DNA of 64,000 nt, taken from Octopus vulgaris (lineage: Eukaryota). Shown piece after piece: positions 1-13,755 of the stretch (position 1 is its first letter; each line of letters begins with the position of its first letter). The translations under genes were made by a program, and so were the position numbers. The stretch lies in assembly GCA_951406725.2 (NCBI GenBank), contig OX597826.1, positions 79,608,001-79,672,000 of the forward strand, read 5' to 3'. The notes under the pieces were generated by a model. It made no database searches. It was not told where the DNA came from and saw nothing but the letters and a program-made list of their open reading frames with translations.

Positions 1-670
1 TATATACATACTTGTACTTACATGTGTAATATATATATACATGTGTGTGTGTGTATGTGTGTGTGCACGTATGCATGTTTATATAACTTGGTATTAATGT
101 GTGAATAAGCACGACATGCAGCCAATTATTCGGAGCCCTGTACGCCTCAGTACACACCTATGCTGATATACACCTAATCGTATGACGTAGATGCACAAGC
201 CAGAAATTGTAACATCTATTGAGCAGAGATAATGAATAAATAATCAGAGAAAAACAAGGTAGGTTTATTCTAGGAACATCTGTAGCGAACCAGTTCTTTC
301 TTTTTTTGTTTTTCGTGTTATTTTCTCTGATGAAGTTGTTCACAACAAAACAAGTGGAGGAAGATGCTTTTTAGTACAGACCTCACTTGACACACACACA
401 CACAAACACGGCTTGCTGACGTCACAAGAATTTTGGCACTTCGAAAACGTGAAATAGTTCTTTTTAGAATAGAAACGGCGAATCTCGAAGCAAATGAATC
501 TACAAATAATAGCGCGTAAATATTGGATAGAAAAGTAAAAGGCTGTATTTGCTTCGAGATTCACCGTTCCTAAAAGTTGTATATGTAAACACACATGTTT
601 ATACTTTTTTTATTTGCAGGTTAGGAAGGCTACCACTGATTTCATGCTAAGAGAAGATTTCTTAGCAAAA

Positions 671-671
<1 letters not shown>

Positions 672-725
<54 letters not shown>
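672..725. repeat. (TA)n microsatellite
   Basis: Pure TA run directly left of the palindrome. Confidence 0.98.
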
Positions 726-728
<3 letters not shown>

Positions 729-736
729 GAAATGAA

Positions 737-1039
737 GAAAATGCTGACAAAATAATTTAAGTAAGGGAGAGTGTATTTAATTAGGTGAAAGTTCTTTTTA
801 CCGGTTGCGCATTTGTTATGCTTATCAAAAGATATATTTTTAAGAGAGATAGAGTTCCTTTCTGATAGATTTTTTTCTCTTATCTTTCTCAGATAAGAGA
901 AAAAAATCTATCAGAAAGGAACTCTATCTCTCTTAAAAATATATCTTTTGATAAGCATAACAAATGCGCAACCGGTAAAAAGAACTTTCACCTAATTAAA
1001 TACACTCTCCCTTACTTAAATTATTTTGTCAGCATTTTC
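737..1039. repeat. Perfect long inverted repeat (149-bp arms, 5-nt spacer)
   Basis: 737-885 (gaaaatgctgac...ctcttatct) is the reverse complement of 891-1039 (agataagag...gtcagcattttc). Spacer ttctc at 886-890. Confidence 0.97.
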
Positions 1040-1093
1040 GTTTCCTTTTTATATATCACAACTCGTGTTCCACATCTCCTTTTTAAATATATA

Positions 1094-1136
<43 letters not shown>

Positions 1137-1589
1137 AAATGAGAGAGGAGAGAGAGAAAGACGAAGTGTGAGAGGAATGGGAGAAGGTTGAGAAAGTATG
1201 ATAAAACAAAATAAGTCTCTGATATTTAAAAGATTTGAATATTTTTATACTTGCAGTTGTTACTAAACTAGTTCCTTACTGTTCCAGGGTCAAAGTTGTT
1301 TCAAGAAGGCACTGAACCTGGCTATTAAATGTGTGTATTACTTGGACTTCTCAAATTTGCATTGATCGGCTGCATATTTTCTGGCGACTGAAAATTTTTG
1401 AGAATGATTATTGCATTACTCCTAAAAAAAAACTATATTTTCAACTTATTCTTCTATCAAATGTAGGCTAATGAAACCCTACCAAAATGGAATCGTAAAT
1501 TTGTTCATTGCATTCTTGGCGCCGGCGCCATAAACCCCAAATTTAAAAGACGATTATAAAATGGTCCTATGGTATTTAAAATAAAGTCA

Positions 1590-2840
1590 TCTGCCGTTTG
1601 GATTCATTTATACTAAAATATCGCTTTCTGAAAATCCTACCCCCCGTGTAGTATTACAATTAGCGGCCCGAACAATATGACAGTAATGGACATGACAATA
1701 ATTACTTCTGTAGGAATTTTTATAAATTCCTGTTGGGTCATAAAGGACAGTTGCGCACTGATCGCCGCCTCCAAAGGAAGATATGCAATCATGGAGTGGG
1801 GGGATCTTGTGCGTTTGTTGATCCTTGACACTCTTTAAAATACGATTTGCACAGGACGTCGGTTTTTATAGAAATGAAGGCCTGGTAATTTCGTGCACAA
1901 TTACTGGATACACAAATTTAGAATAGACTTACTAGACAAAATGTTGGGCTAATATCTAACTATTTGTAAAAGCCGAATGATAGTTAACTTTGTAGTATTA
2001 CATTATATCCTAAGACACATTAACCCTATTGTTATAAGAAACCGGACCAATTTACACGTCCAATTCTCTCAACTTGCAATTAGACACATAGCAGACTGAC
2101 TAAGTAGAAGGGTTTCCATCTTACCCTCGGACAGAGAAATTTTAGTTAGCATAGTCCTCTTTTGGAATGATATTCTCCCCAGAAGCCTCTTCAGCAAGAC
2201 GCTAGTTTACATGGAGCTTACTCCTTCCAGAACAATTCAGTGTAGAGTCAGGAGGAAGAAAATGATCTTGCCGAACGACCTCTCTCTTATTTAGACGTCC
2301 CGAACATAGCCAAAAAAATTTTTTTCTACTGAGATCCAACTAAAATACGAACTCTTTAATGCATTCAATGTTAAAATGAGCTACACTTGTCTAGACAACA
2401 TCTCTTCCATCATCAAATAGCCTCAAATAAAAGCATATCAGTACAACCTTCTTGTAATTGTTAAAATTGATCTTCTTATCCATACAAGAGATCTTGTCAC
2501 TCCACAAAACTCATCACTGACAAATTTAATGAGCGTTACAAGCAAAATGCTTATCCATTTAGCTTTATGGTAAGTGAAAACACCACTTAGCTCTCGCGAT
2601 ATATTTATAAACACATGGATCAAGGACATGACTGCTCTATCATAAATTGGAATAGTGTTGCCAGAGACAGTTTATATGACTACGGATTACGTAGCTGCAT
2701 TATTTACATGACTGAAAAGTACGAGATACTGAAATATCCCATGGTATTCCGCAGGAAAATTCAGAGTTAGTCTCTAGCTATCGTCTCAAGTAGAAGTTTC
2801 ATCTGAAGAATGGCTGGAAATCTTGAGCGAACGATGCAAG
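1590..2840 (+). mobile_element. Highly degenerate Penelope-like element (RT plus downstream linker) remnant
   Basis: Fragmentary translations: GFYRNEGLV at ~1861 (cf. GLYRDDGL RT motif) and YELFNAFNVKMSYTCLDNISSIIK at ~2345 (cf. KIFNRNxVKVSYSCxxNxxxII). Many stops and frameshifts. A possible decayed hammerhead core CTGAAGA lies at 2803. Confidence 0.6.
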
Positions 2841-3434
2841 TTCAGAAATTATTGATTACGATCAACATTACATTGTCTTACGTATCGATGCCTGTACTCT
2901 TTGTAAGTTAGCCCCCCACCCCATTACAAATTTGTAGCCTGTCGAGAATCTGCCTACAAATGTTTTTACTCCATGATCTGCTTTGCAATAAGAACCGATC
3001 TTACTAGTGACCAGTAAGAAGCAGCCTCACCAGTCACATGCAGCTACATTTCCGTTTATAAATGTTATTCGAATGTTGTTCTCGCTTTACGTTTGGTTGA
3101 AAATTTAAGTAGAGGATCATGAACTGATTACTTATAACTATACTCCATACAATGTATTGAGTGAAATCTTTTCATCTGTTCACACGTCCATATTATAACA
3201 CCTGAGAATGAATATATCTATCTATATATCTATCTCTCTATATATCTGTCTATCTATGTATATATATACATATATATACAGATATATGTATATATACACA
3301 TACATATACGTATGCACACACATACATATTTGCATATATATACACATATATACCGTATACATATAAACATACGTGTATACATATATACATGTGCATACAT
3401 ATCCATATATAGACATACACTGTATGTATATATG

Positions 3435-3480
<46 letters not shown>

Positions 3481-4017
3481 CATAGAAACACACACAAACA
3501 CACTCACACATATATATATATGAGATTGCACTGATGATAAATACTTAAAGAGAGAGAGAGAGAAGTTGAGAAAGAGAGAGATGAACAGAAATATAAATCA
3601 ATTGATAGACGGCAAGAAAGAGAAGGAAAGAGATTGATATCAATAATATCAAAGAAAAACGGTAATTCTTTTCTGCGACAGTTTAATCGAAATTTATTCA
3701 GTTGGATCTAAGCTCACAGCGAAAGTCTCTCTGAGACTTGGAACCTCAGGCGACGACAGGATACGACTCAGTTGAATAGGTCATCGCCATCACGTTCATG
3801 CGTCAATATACTCATATGCTTTCATCTTGTGATCTCTCACAAACTCTGCGACCGAGTAAATATGTGGTGTGAGCATTGTAAATCTGTTAAATGTGGGCGA
3901 CGAATTAAAACCGAGACTTACTGTAGACTGGAGTTAACGGTACAATGCGAGCGAAACAACTTGAAGCATATGTGATATGTATGTGTATGTATTTGTTTTA
4001 TTCATGCATTTATACGC

Positions 4018-4171
4018 ATGTGGTAAGAAGCTTGCTTCCCAACCACATAGTTCCGGGTTCAGGCCCGCTGAGTGGTACCTTAGGCAAGTGTCTTCTACTA
4101 CAGCCTTTTGAGTGGTTTTGATAGACAGCAACTGAAAGAAGAAAATCTCTGTCTGTCTGTCTGTCTGGCTG

Positions 4172-4242
<71 letters not shown>

Positions 4243-4462
4243 ATGTGTGTGTCTTTGTGTCTATGTTTGTCTTCTCATCACCGTTTGACAACTAGTGTTG
4301 GTGTGTTCACGTGCTCCTAAATTAGCGGTTCGGCAAAAGACATCAATAAAATAAGTAAGAGGCTTAGAAAATAAGTACTGGGGTACATTCATCCATTCAC
4401 TCGAGTAAAGATTCTTCAAGGCGATGCTCCAGCGTGGCCGGAGTCGAATGAATGAAACAAGA
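4018..4462 (+). mobile_element. tRNA-derived SINE family F1 with internal microsatellite
   Basis: Head tggtaagaagcttgcttcccaaccac...ggttca, then ccttaggcaagtgtcttctact, an internal (CT)n(TA)n tract, and the tail ...gctccagcgtggcc...tgaaacaag. Matches about 11 other copies in the window. Confidence 0.9.
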
Positions 4463-4586
4463 TACAGTGTATGTGTGTGTATGTATGTGTGTTTGTGGGT
4501 GTGAGGGTGTGTTTGTGTGTGTTTGGCTGTGTGTGGGAGTGTGTCCGTGTGTGTTTGTGTATTTATCCGTTCCTTAATGTTTGTTC

Positions 4587-4780
4587 TGCTTGTTTCACCG
4601 GTTGGACTGCGGCCATGCTGGGGCACCACTTTGAAATGTTTAACCGAATAAGATTGAGTTCAGTCCTTATCTTTATATCTGGTAGTCATTCTATCGTTTT
4701 CTTTCACCGAACTATTATTTTAAGGGGACGTAAACAAACCAACACTGGTTGTCAAGCAATGGTGGAGGGCAAACGCAAAT
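4587..4780 (-). mobile_element. SINE F1 tail fragment
   Basis: gactgcggccatgctggggcacc...ggggacgtaaacaaaccaacactggttgtcaagc. Inverted relative to the copy at 4018-4462. Confidence 0.85.
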
Positions 4781-5231
4781 ATTAAGGCCTACAGGCATGC
4801 ATGCATACATACATACATACATACATAATACATACATACATACATAATACATACACACATACATGCATACATATAGTTTACAGATACGGAAGTGATATTC
4901 TCCGTATAGAATACACTTCGTAGCGCACAAGAGATTTAAACTTGAGCAGATAGAGGTGTAAATGTAAGGACAAGCAAGTTGCTTGTCCCTTCATTTACAA
5001 AAAATATTAAATACAATTAATACAAAAAAAAATGTACATATGTTTACATATAAGAAAATACATGATATCAGGAATTAAAAGGGTTGAATAATAGTTTTAG
5101 GAGTTCAAAAGCTGCTTTAAATGTATCTAATATGTTTTGTATATCGACTGGCCTAACTAGCTTATCCTTAAACTTACTTCTATATGCATACATATACATA
5201 TGACACACAGAAACACACATAAATACACATA

Positions 5232-5400
5232 CATGTACGACGGACTTCCATACAGTTTCTGTCTGCTAACTTCAATCGCAAGGTTTTCGTCGGCCCGGGG
5301 CGATTGTAGAAGACACCAGCCAAAGGTACCACGCAGTGCGACTGAACCTGAAACCATGTGGCTACAGAGCAGGCTTCTTAACCACACGGCCATACTCGCG
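5232..5400 (-). mobile_element. SINE F1 head fragment
   Basis: cgacggacttcc...gtagaagacacc...ccacgcagtgcgactgaacctgaaaccatgtgg...cttaaccacacggcc. Confidence 0.85.
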
Positions 5401-5465
5401 TCTAATTGCATAATTATTAATCCAGTTGTGTATTTGTTATGTAGATTTACGTTCTGTCCTGGCTA

Positions 5466-5521
<56 letters not shown>

Positions 5522-5963
5522 CACATATACTTTTATATACTAAGTATATATATATATTTCTGTACACACACAAACACACACACATACACACACATGTATA
5601 TACATACACCGATCTATCTTCTCCTCTAAGTATTCCCGGAAGAATTGTTGCGTTAAAGTCCTTAGCCACCGCCTGATTAGAGTCCTATAGGAACCAACCG
5701 TTATGAGGCTTATGGCTGGACTCTCAAAAGTGACAAACCAATATTATTATACCATCTTTTTCTCGGTTTACCTCTGCACTTCGCACCGGTTGACCTGGCT
5801 TGAAGAATTAGTCATGCGTTTCCTAAGATTCTTGTGATTCTTTATAATTACGTGTGCGTAGTATCGGTTCTGTGATTTCTCAATATGAAGAGATAGTGGG
5901 TTGGCCTACAAAGACACCCTGATCTCCAAGTTACACACCCCGTCAAGTAACATTACTTTAGAG

Positions 5964-6114
5964 CAGTGCTCCGCAACGGGTATGCCGTGGTAAACTGGTG
6001 TGCCATGAGACGATGTTAGGTGTGCCGCACTGTAACCTGAATATTATTTTTTCGCTTCCGAATTTTGAAAGGAATATGAGTGCACCGCAAGTGAAAAATG
6101 GTTGCGGATCACTG
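5964..6114. mobile_element. hAT (Charlie/Buster-type) MITE
   Basis: TIRs cagtgctccgcaac / gttgcggatcactg. 8-bp TSD ctttagag / ctctagag (7 of 8 identical, central TA). Confidence 0.85.
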
Positions 6115-6284
6115 CTCTAGAGATGCCTTAGAGGGACACCAGTTCTGTCGATTTTTCCGCGATCGAAGTCTTTCAGTCTTTATTAAATATCTATGACCGC
6201 AGGTGATGAAAGACAGGGAAAACGAGTTATATTCGTAAATTTGTACCTGTAAATATATATATATATGTGTGTGTCTGAAAATAG

Positions 6285-6570
6285 TACATACATACGCACA
6301 CACATACATACATACATACATACATACATACATACATACATACATACATACATACATACATACATACATACATACATACACATACACACACATACATACA
6401 TACATACATGCATACATATATATATGTTTATTCATATATATATATATATTCATATTTATAATATATATGAATATATATGATATATATGAATATATATATA
6501 TATATATATAGATACATACATACATACACACACATACACACACACACACACGCATGCACATACGCACACT
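6285..6570. repeat. Compound (TACA)n/(TA)n/(CA)n microsatellite
   Basis: Direct reading. Confidence 0.95.
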
Positions 6571-6731
6571 CGCACACATGTATTCAAACGAATTTGTTTT
6601 CGGAGGACATTTTGCCAATAAAAAACAGCCACTTGTGCTACATTGATTGATTGATTTGTGAAAGACTTTCGTTACACGTCTGTAGCCTTTTCAATGACTT
6701 TTTTTTCTGAATGCTACGTTCTCTTGAAGGT

Positions 6732-6782
<51 letters not shown>

Positions 6783-7473
6783 TGTGCATGTGTGTGTGTG
6801 TGTGTGTGTGTATGTGTGTATAGACGGTGAAGTGGATGTTGATAGTAACGGCCGTGATGGTGAGCATGGCTGTTATAAGTTTGCGCCTATGTTTCTATGT
6901 GGATATATATGTAATCATATTTATGTCCATGGTTTCGCTGTGTGTATGTGTGTATATGTCTTCGTATTGCGTGTGTGTATGTGTCTGAACTTTGCCTTCG
7001 TTTCATGTTATTTATATTTGATTTTAATTTTCTTTTTATTTTCAGTGTTATTGTCGCTGTCTGTAAGTCTGTTATATACATTAGAGGTTTAATTCAGCTT
7101 CTAGTGGCACCGGAAGCAAATAAATGGCCGTGTGTGTATGAGTATATGTGTGTGTATGAGTGTGTGTATGTGTGTGGATACCATCTTCATTGAAAGAATA
7201 AAGCTATAAAAAAGCAAAGAGGCGTTGAAACAAGTAAATTGAAACAAGTAGATTAAGACATACCATCTCAACCCCACCCCTCACCACTACCTACAAAATG
7301 ACACCTACCGGGCACTGTCAGCCATTACCTACTTCCGGCGCCTCTGTAAACTGAATTAACCCCAATACAGTTGACAGAAAGATAAATAACAACAATGAAG
7401 ACTCTATTGAACTGAAGTATAAGAAAATAAATATATCGATAAAAGCACACCTACATACCTAAATAGGCGCACA

Positions 7474-7734
<261 letters not shown>

Positions 7735-8405
7735 CTGGCGTCCATCACATACACACGCATGCACACGCCTTTATCACACGCACGTCACACACGAACTTGA
7801 CAGCAAACACATTCATAAAATACTGATGCATACATACATATATCTACACGAACAGACTCACCACCAGGAGTACATAATGACCAGGCCAAAAGAATGGTCT
7901 CATGGAAACAAGTTAAGATTCTAGGAAATCAATAAAAAACCAAAAAAAAAACCGGCTAAGACTGCTACCGAGGTCGTTATTTTTCTTGAAAAACCTTCAC
8001 AAAATATAACAAAATTCTGTCTCACCACACGGTTTCTCTTGAAGAGGTTTTTGTAAAGAATAAAATCTCTCTGTCTATTCCTCCTTATATACATTAAAAG
8101 TCAGTTTGAATCTTGCTTGCTTAGTTGCAATGTTATTCAGCCAAACTGAAGCATAATGGGGAAAGACTATGAATTAACTTTACCCGGAAATGTTAATATG
8201 AACAGAATGAAACAAGTTTCGCGTAAATAGAAACATTAGTCATTGAAAAATTCGGAGTTTGGTGGGTATGAATACTCAAAACGGTGCATATTGGGAAAAT
8301 GTTCCGAATTTAACTTCATCCTGAAAGGGAAGAAACTCTAAACCCACGAAACAAGATTCCGCTGCTGGGAAACTCGGTTTCCCAGTGACCCAACGGGTAG
8401 TCTAG

Positions 8406-8483
<78 letters not shown>

Positions 8484-8486
<3 letters not shown>

Positions 8487-8674
8487 TTTAATTTTTTCAG
8501 TCATTTGACTGCGGCCATGCTGAAGCACCGCCTTTAGTCGAACGTATCGACCTTAGGACTTATTCTTTGTAAACCTAGTACTTATTTTATCGGTCTCTTT
8601 TGCCGAACCGCTAAGTAACGGGGACGTAAACACACCAACGTCGGTTGTCAAGTGATGGTAGGGGGACAAACACA

Positions 8675-8748
<74 letters not shown>

Positions 8749-8910
8749 CGATGAGCTCTCTTTCAGTTTCCGTCTACCAAATCCACTCACAAACCTTTGG
8801 TCGGCCCGAGGTTATAGTAGAAGACACTTGCCCAAGGTGCCACGCAGTGAGACTGAACCCAGAACCATGTAGTTGGTAAGCAAGCTACTTACTGAATAGC
8901 CACATCATGC
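8484..8910 (-). mobile_element. SINE F1, near full length, internal (CA)n(TA)n
   Basis: cagtcatttgactgcggccatgc...gaaccgctaagtaacggggacgtaaac...(CA)n...tttcagtttccgtctaccaaatccactcac...gactgaacccagaaccatgt. Confidence 0.93.
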
Positions 8911-9133
8911 GTATAACAATAAGTTGATTACTTACTTAGCTTATTGTAACGTGACCACGCGCTCAAAAGTAGAAAAATAATAGTAACTACCACTACTATA
9001 CCAGATCGCCGTCGCTCGTCACTGAACATGTAGTCGTGCGATTAACTGAATAGCCTCCCTTTGAATTAATAAGGAAATGGGCGATCATTCCGCAGACACC
9101 TTACTTTTAACTTAGTTTTCTGAGAGTGTGATG

Positions 9134-9522
9134 TGGATGTGGATGCACTCCGTCGGTTACGACGACGAGGGTTCCGGTTGATCCGATCAACAGAACAGCC
9201 TGCTCGTGAAATTAACGTGTAAGTGACTGAGCACTCCACAGACACGTGAACCCTTAACGTAGTTCTCGGGGATATTCAGCGTGACACAGAGAGTGACAAG
9301 GCCGGCCCTTTGAAATACAGGTACAACAGAAACAGGAAGTAAGAATGAGAGAAAGTTGTGGTGAAAGAGTACAGCAGGGATCATCATCATCCCTGCCGGA
9401 GCCTCGTGGTATTTTAGGTATTTTCGCTCAATAAACACTCACAACGCCCTGTCTGGGAATCGAAACCGCGATCCTACGACCGCGAGTCCACTGCCCTAAC
9501 CACTGGGCCATTGCGACTCCAC
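9134..9522 (-). mobile_element. tRNA-derived SINE, head A plus tail X
   Basis: The minus-strand head ggagtcgcaatggcccagtggttagggcagtggactcgcggtcg...gtttcgattccc has A and B boxes. The tail ...ccctcgtcgtcgtaaccgacggagtg(catcca)n is shared with 50460-50640. Likely TSD agtgtgatg at 9125 and 9527. Confidence 0.9.
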
Positions 9523-9589
9523 TGACAGTGTGATGCAATGTGTGACAAGACTGTACATTTTCAATTAGAACTTCAATCCACCGGACGGA

Positions 9590-9745
9590 CAGCTATTCGG
9601 TTTCCGTCCTTATCGTTTCATTCAAAAGCTAGAGGTCGACCCAGGCTATAAAAAATGACATTTGCTCAACATATTATGCATTTGGGTCGAACACAGAACC
9701 TTGAGGTTATGAAGCGAGCATCTTAACAATTCGGTCATGTTGCAC
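9590..9745 (-). mobile_element. Degenerate SINE F1 head
   Basis: ggtttccgtcc...caggctataaaaaatgacatttgctcaa...gtcgaacacagaacc. Confidence 0.6.
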
Positions 9746-10121
9746 TTTTACCATCCAATAAAGATAAAAACGAACAAAGCGAAAAACAGAAGCTTAAATC
9801 TGGAAGGGAAGATTGTTGAAGTAAAATGAAATTAAAAAGTCAACATAGAGATACAACGCGCGAGACAAATTATGAGAGTAAGAAGAAGTTAACAATTAAA
9901 GGTTTCTAAAACCGGTAATGATGATTTTATAACTTACAACATCATGACTATGATCTCTTGTTGGCGGCTACAAAACGCCGGAATATCGCACCAATCTTAT
10001 CGTTTTATACAGAAGATGTTGAAAAGTCGCGAAACGTTGAAGTACTTGGGAATTAACTATTCCGAACTACAAATAAAGGCTATATGAGGATATACTAAAA
10101 GTCTTTAATAAAACGTCTTCC

Positions 10122-10189
<68 letters not shown>

Positions 10190-10802
10190 GCACACACACA
10201 CACACACAAGCACGCACACATACACACAAACACGTACATATATAAACACGTAATACATACATATATATAATGGCCGAAAATGTAAACTGAAATTTACAGT
10301 GAATAACAGTTTGCTCAACACTGCCAAGAATCTCCCCTACAAAACTCATTAGTTCGAAGACAATCAAGAACAAGATTCTCGGCTCCGCACTGAAGCGGTT
10401 ATCATCTCAGAATTTCTTTCGCCAAGAGAAATGCCTAAACAAAGCCAAGAGGCCTCTCACTCTTAACTGCTGGATGGCTTTTGACTCTACTGGGTTCGTC
10501 CCTCCTTTGTCATATACAAATAAATGTATACGTAAATACATACATACATACATGCAGAGTGGATATCTTTCTGTAACTGTGTTACAGAGGAGCAAGAAAA
10601 ATTATGACAATACGATAGATGCAGCAAAAGTTAATGTGACAATTTTTGTATGCATTCCAATTGGTGAAACAGCTCAACAGATCTTTCATCGTCACCATGT
10701 AACTACTTCCGGTTCAACGTACCGTCAAACAGGTATGTATGCATATATGTATGTATTTATGCATGTATATATATTTATATATACATGCATAAATACATAC
10801 AT

Positions 10803-11190
10803 AGGGTCTTCCTATGATGCTGACATGCAGTGTCTGTGCAAGACCATGCCTCAGTAAAGCTGGACTCAAGAGTCATCTTCGTAGTCATAAAGCGAGACAG
10901 ATGAGTGACAACCTGGCCACTGGTGGTGGTGGTGTGACACACCATACTAATCATATCTGTCAGGCATGTGGAAGAGAGTGTAATTCGGCAGGAGGACTTA
11001 AACCACATGCAATGGTACATGAAGCCCAGTTACAACTACAGCCGGTTACTACCGGTAAAGCTTTTAGCTGCCAATTCTGTACAAGACATTGTAGATCTTT
11101 AGCTGGGCTAAAAAGTCACATTCGATCACAGCACCAACAGCAGTTAAGCTTCGTGCAATGGCCATACTCGCTAACGAGGGGGCAGCCATC
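10803..11190 (+). mobile_element. 3' end of an RTE-clade LINE ORF2 with three tandem C2H2-type fingers
   Basis: CSVCARPCLSKAGLKSHLRSH, CQACGRECNSAGGLKPHAMVH and CQFCTRHCRSLAGLKSHIRSQH match the CxxCxRxCxSxxGLxSHxRxH pattern of RTE C-termini and lack TGEKP linkers. An RTE-like 3' stem ccatactcgctaacgagggg follows, then (TA)n. Confidence 0.7.
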
Positions 11191-11853
11191 ATATATATTT
11201 ATGCATGCTGTTTGTCCCATTGTCAACGCTGTTGGCAGCTAAACTGGCAACCAACCCAAACCTATTTGGTAAGGAACCTGGCTCGAGTTTGTGTGTTTTT
11301 TTGCATGCGCTAAGAATCAAATCCACTTCTATTATGATCATTCGTTGAATTATCCTTTCGTTGATTAACTTTTCCCTTTAAAGAATTCCAAATGTATTGT
11401 CCGACTCTTCTCGCGATATTGAAATGTCGACATTTCTACATCTCACACATAAATTCACAATCGAGAAATATTCAGACAGACTTTTTACTTACCGGATTAT
11501 CAATATGACACCTCTAAATGTATACTCCTCTCTCCGCTTGCGCTTTGCGTGATAGCATTTTTTCATTTAATCCCCGCGTTAATGACTGGGTGTTTTAGTC
11601 CTCCAATGATATCCAATTTTGTTGGGTTTCTTTGCGGGTTGGCGAGCTTCTTTGGGAGTTTTTCTTTTTGATATTTGGGTTTTCGCTTTTTCGATTTTTT
11701 TCTTCACTTTTTGATGTGTTTTGCTGTTCTTAGTTTTGATTCTTTTGGGTGTTAACTGAAAAATACAGAGAAAGTTGATACGCGTTAGTACATGCGAATA
11801 CATATGCACGCACACACGCACGCACGCACGCACACAAACACACACACACACAG

Positions 11854-11884
<31 letters not shown>

Positions 11885-11886
<2 letters not shown>

Positions 11887-12150
11887 GTGGCGGACTGGTC
11901 AGGTTACCAGCTTGTCCGATGGCAAGTGGGTCCCTGCGCCTTTAGAATCCACAAGTGGGGAACCATGTTAGCGTGTATCTAAGGGGCCCATCCCCTCAAG
12001 TTTGAGAATTTTTTGTTCACTCCTGGAAGAATGCATTAATTATTTCAGCCTGGCTGTGTTTGTAGATAGTTGAAAAGAATACTTTTAACAACAAAAAAAT
12101 AATAAATAAATAAAATTATAGCATTGTTGGGCCCCCTTACTCTCCTGGCA
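11885..12150. mobile_element. Probable hAT-type non-autonomous element remnant
   Basis: Starts with cagtggcggactgg and contains several gggcccc motifs. The other end is not recognisable. Confidence 0.45.
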
Positions 12151-12177
12151 ACATTTATTTTTAGACCCACACACATA

Positions 12178-12390
12178 AAGGGGTACTCAAGAGTTCCTGG
12201 TTTTGGGTAAAAAAAATACTACAGGATCAGTTAATTATGATTTTATTCAATATATTACCCTCCTAGATTCGCACACTTATTCCAATGGTCCTTTAGTTTC
12301 TAAGCCCTCCAGGATAACTTGGGAGGTTATGCCTCCAACCAAGCTTTTCACGGCATTCTTAAAGCCAGAAACTTTTCAACATCACCCTCG
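12178..12390. mobile_element. mariner-derived MITE
   Basis: Degenerate TIRs aaggggtactcaagagttcctggtttt / aaagccagaaacttttcaacatcaccctcg, flanked by TA. Confidence 0.75.
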
Positions 12391-12844
12391 TATATATACA
12401 TGTTATGTGTAGAGATAAATAGATATGCACACACATGCACACGCGCGCGCACACACTGATCTCCATGAAAGTAAGGAATGTAACAGGTAAAACACGGACT
12501 ACGACCGTTTCATAGCAAAGCAATGCTTGTTACATACACTGAACCAACTTAGCTCATCTTCAGGTCTGATTACCTACGAGTAATCGCGTGGAGACCAACA
12601 AATAAATGATCAAAATAGCCACAGCACAAATGACACGTTGAAAAAAGAGAGGTAAAAATAGATAAGAAGATAGATGAATGGAAAGTGGGAGAAGGAAACA
12701 GAAAGAAATAGAAAGTATATAAATGTTGAAAATATTGTTGAATATCCTTTTGTTAATAAATATATTAATTGCTTTGGACGTGGAAGAAGATCGAATTTTG
12801 CCAGGATGACATGCAACGGTTGATTGAATGGGACATAAATACAT

Positions 12845-13050
12845 TGGTTTCAAATTTTGGCACAAGGCCAGCAATTTGGTGTATGAGTGTGTGTGTGGGT
12901 GGGGGTGGGGGTGCGGCAAATCGATTAAATCGACCTCAGTTTCATCCTTTCGGGGTCGATAAAGTACCAGTTACACACTGGGGTCGATCTGATCGACTCA
13001 CTCCCTCTCCCAAAATTTCAGGCCTTGAAACTTTGTAGTAGAAAGGAATA
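12845..13050. mobile_element. Two back-to-back fragments of SINE family F2 in opposite orientations
   Basis: Minus-strand tail ggtttcaaattttggcacaaggccagcaattt...aatcgacctcag is joined to plus-strand ttcatcctttcggggtcgataaagtaccag...ggccttg. Confidence 0.8.
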
Positions 13051-13429
13051 TTTGATCAACACTAGAAAGGCGAATCCATTTGAGTTGAAGATGAAGTCCT
13101 CTGAGTTCAAGGCGAAGGCAGGGAGCTTTCTGAATTTGTTTAGGGTTTCAAAGTACCCATTTCGGATGTCTTACTCAGCAGACCAATATCACCGGTGAAA
13201 TGTCCGTGTGAATACGGTCACATATACTCACACACATACAAACAAGCATATATACCTACAAAAACATTCGCATCTGTGTGTCTAGACTGAACGTGTTGCT
13301 GATTATCGGAGGAAAAGACAACGCTTATGAATACATTCCGTTTTAAATATTAGTTTGCTTTGGTTGGGATTTAAAGACAGAGTCACAAACGCTCACAGAC
13401 CTCTGTATACGTATTTGTGTGCATATATC

Positions 13430-13755
<326 letters not shown>

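Noticed and set aside
620-670. Exon after the strong acceptor ttttttatttgcag
   Set aside because: The frame is open but the only donor runs into (TA)n and is weak; the peptide is not recognisable.
10814-11242. Host C2H2 zinc-finger gene
   Set aside because: No TGEKP linkers, an RTE-type finger pattern and 3' stem, and it is embedded in TA repeats; better explained as a LINE end.
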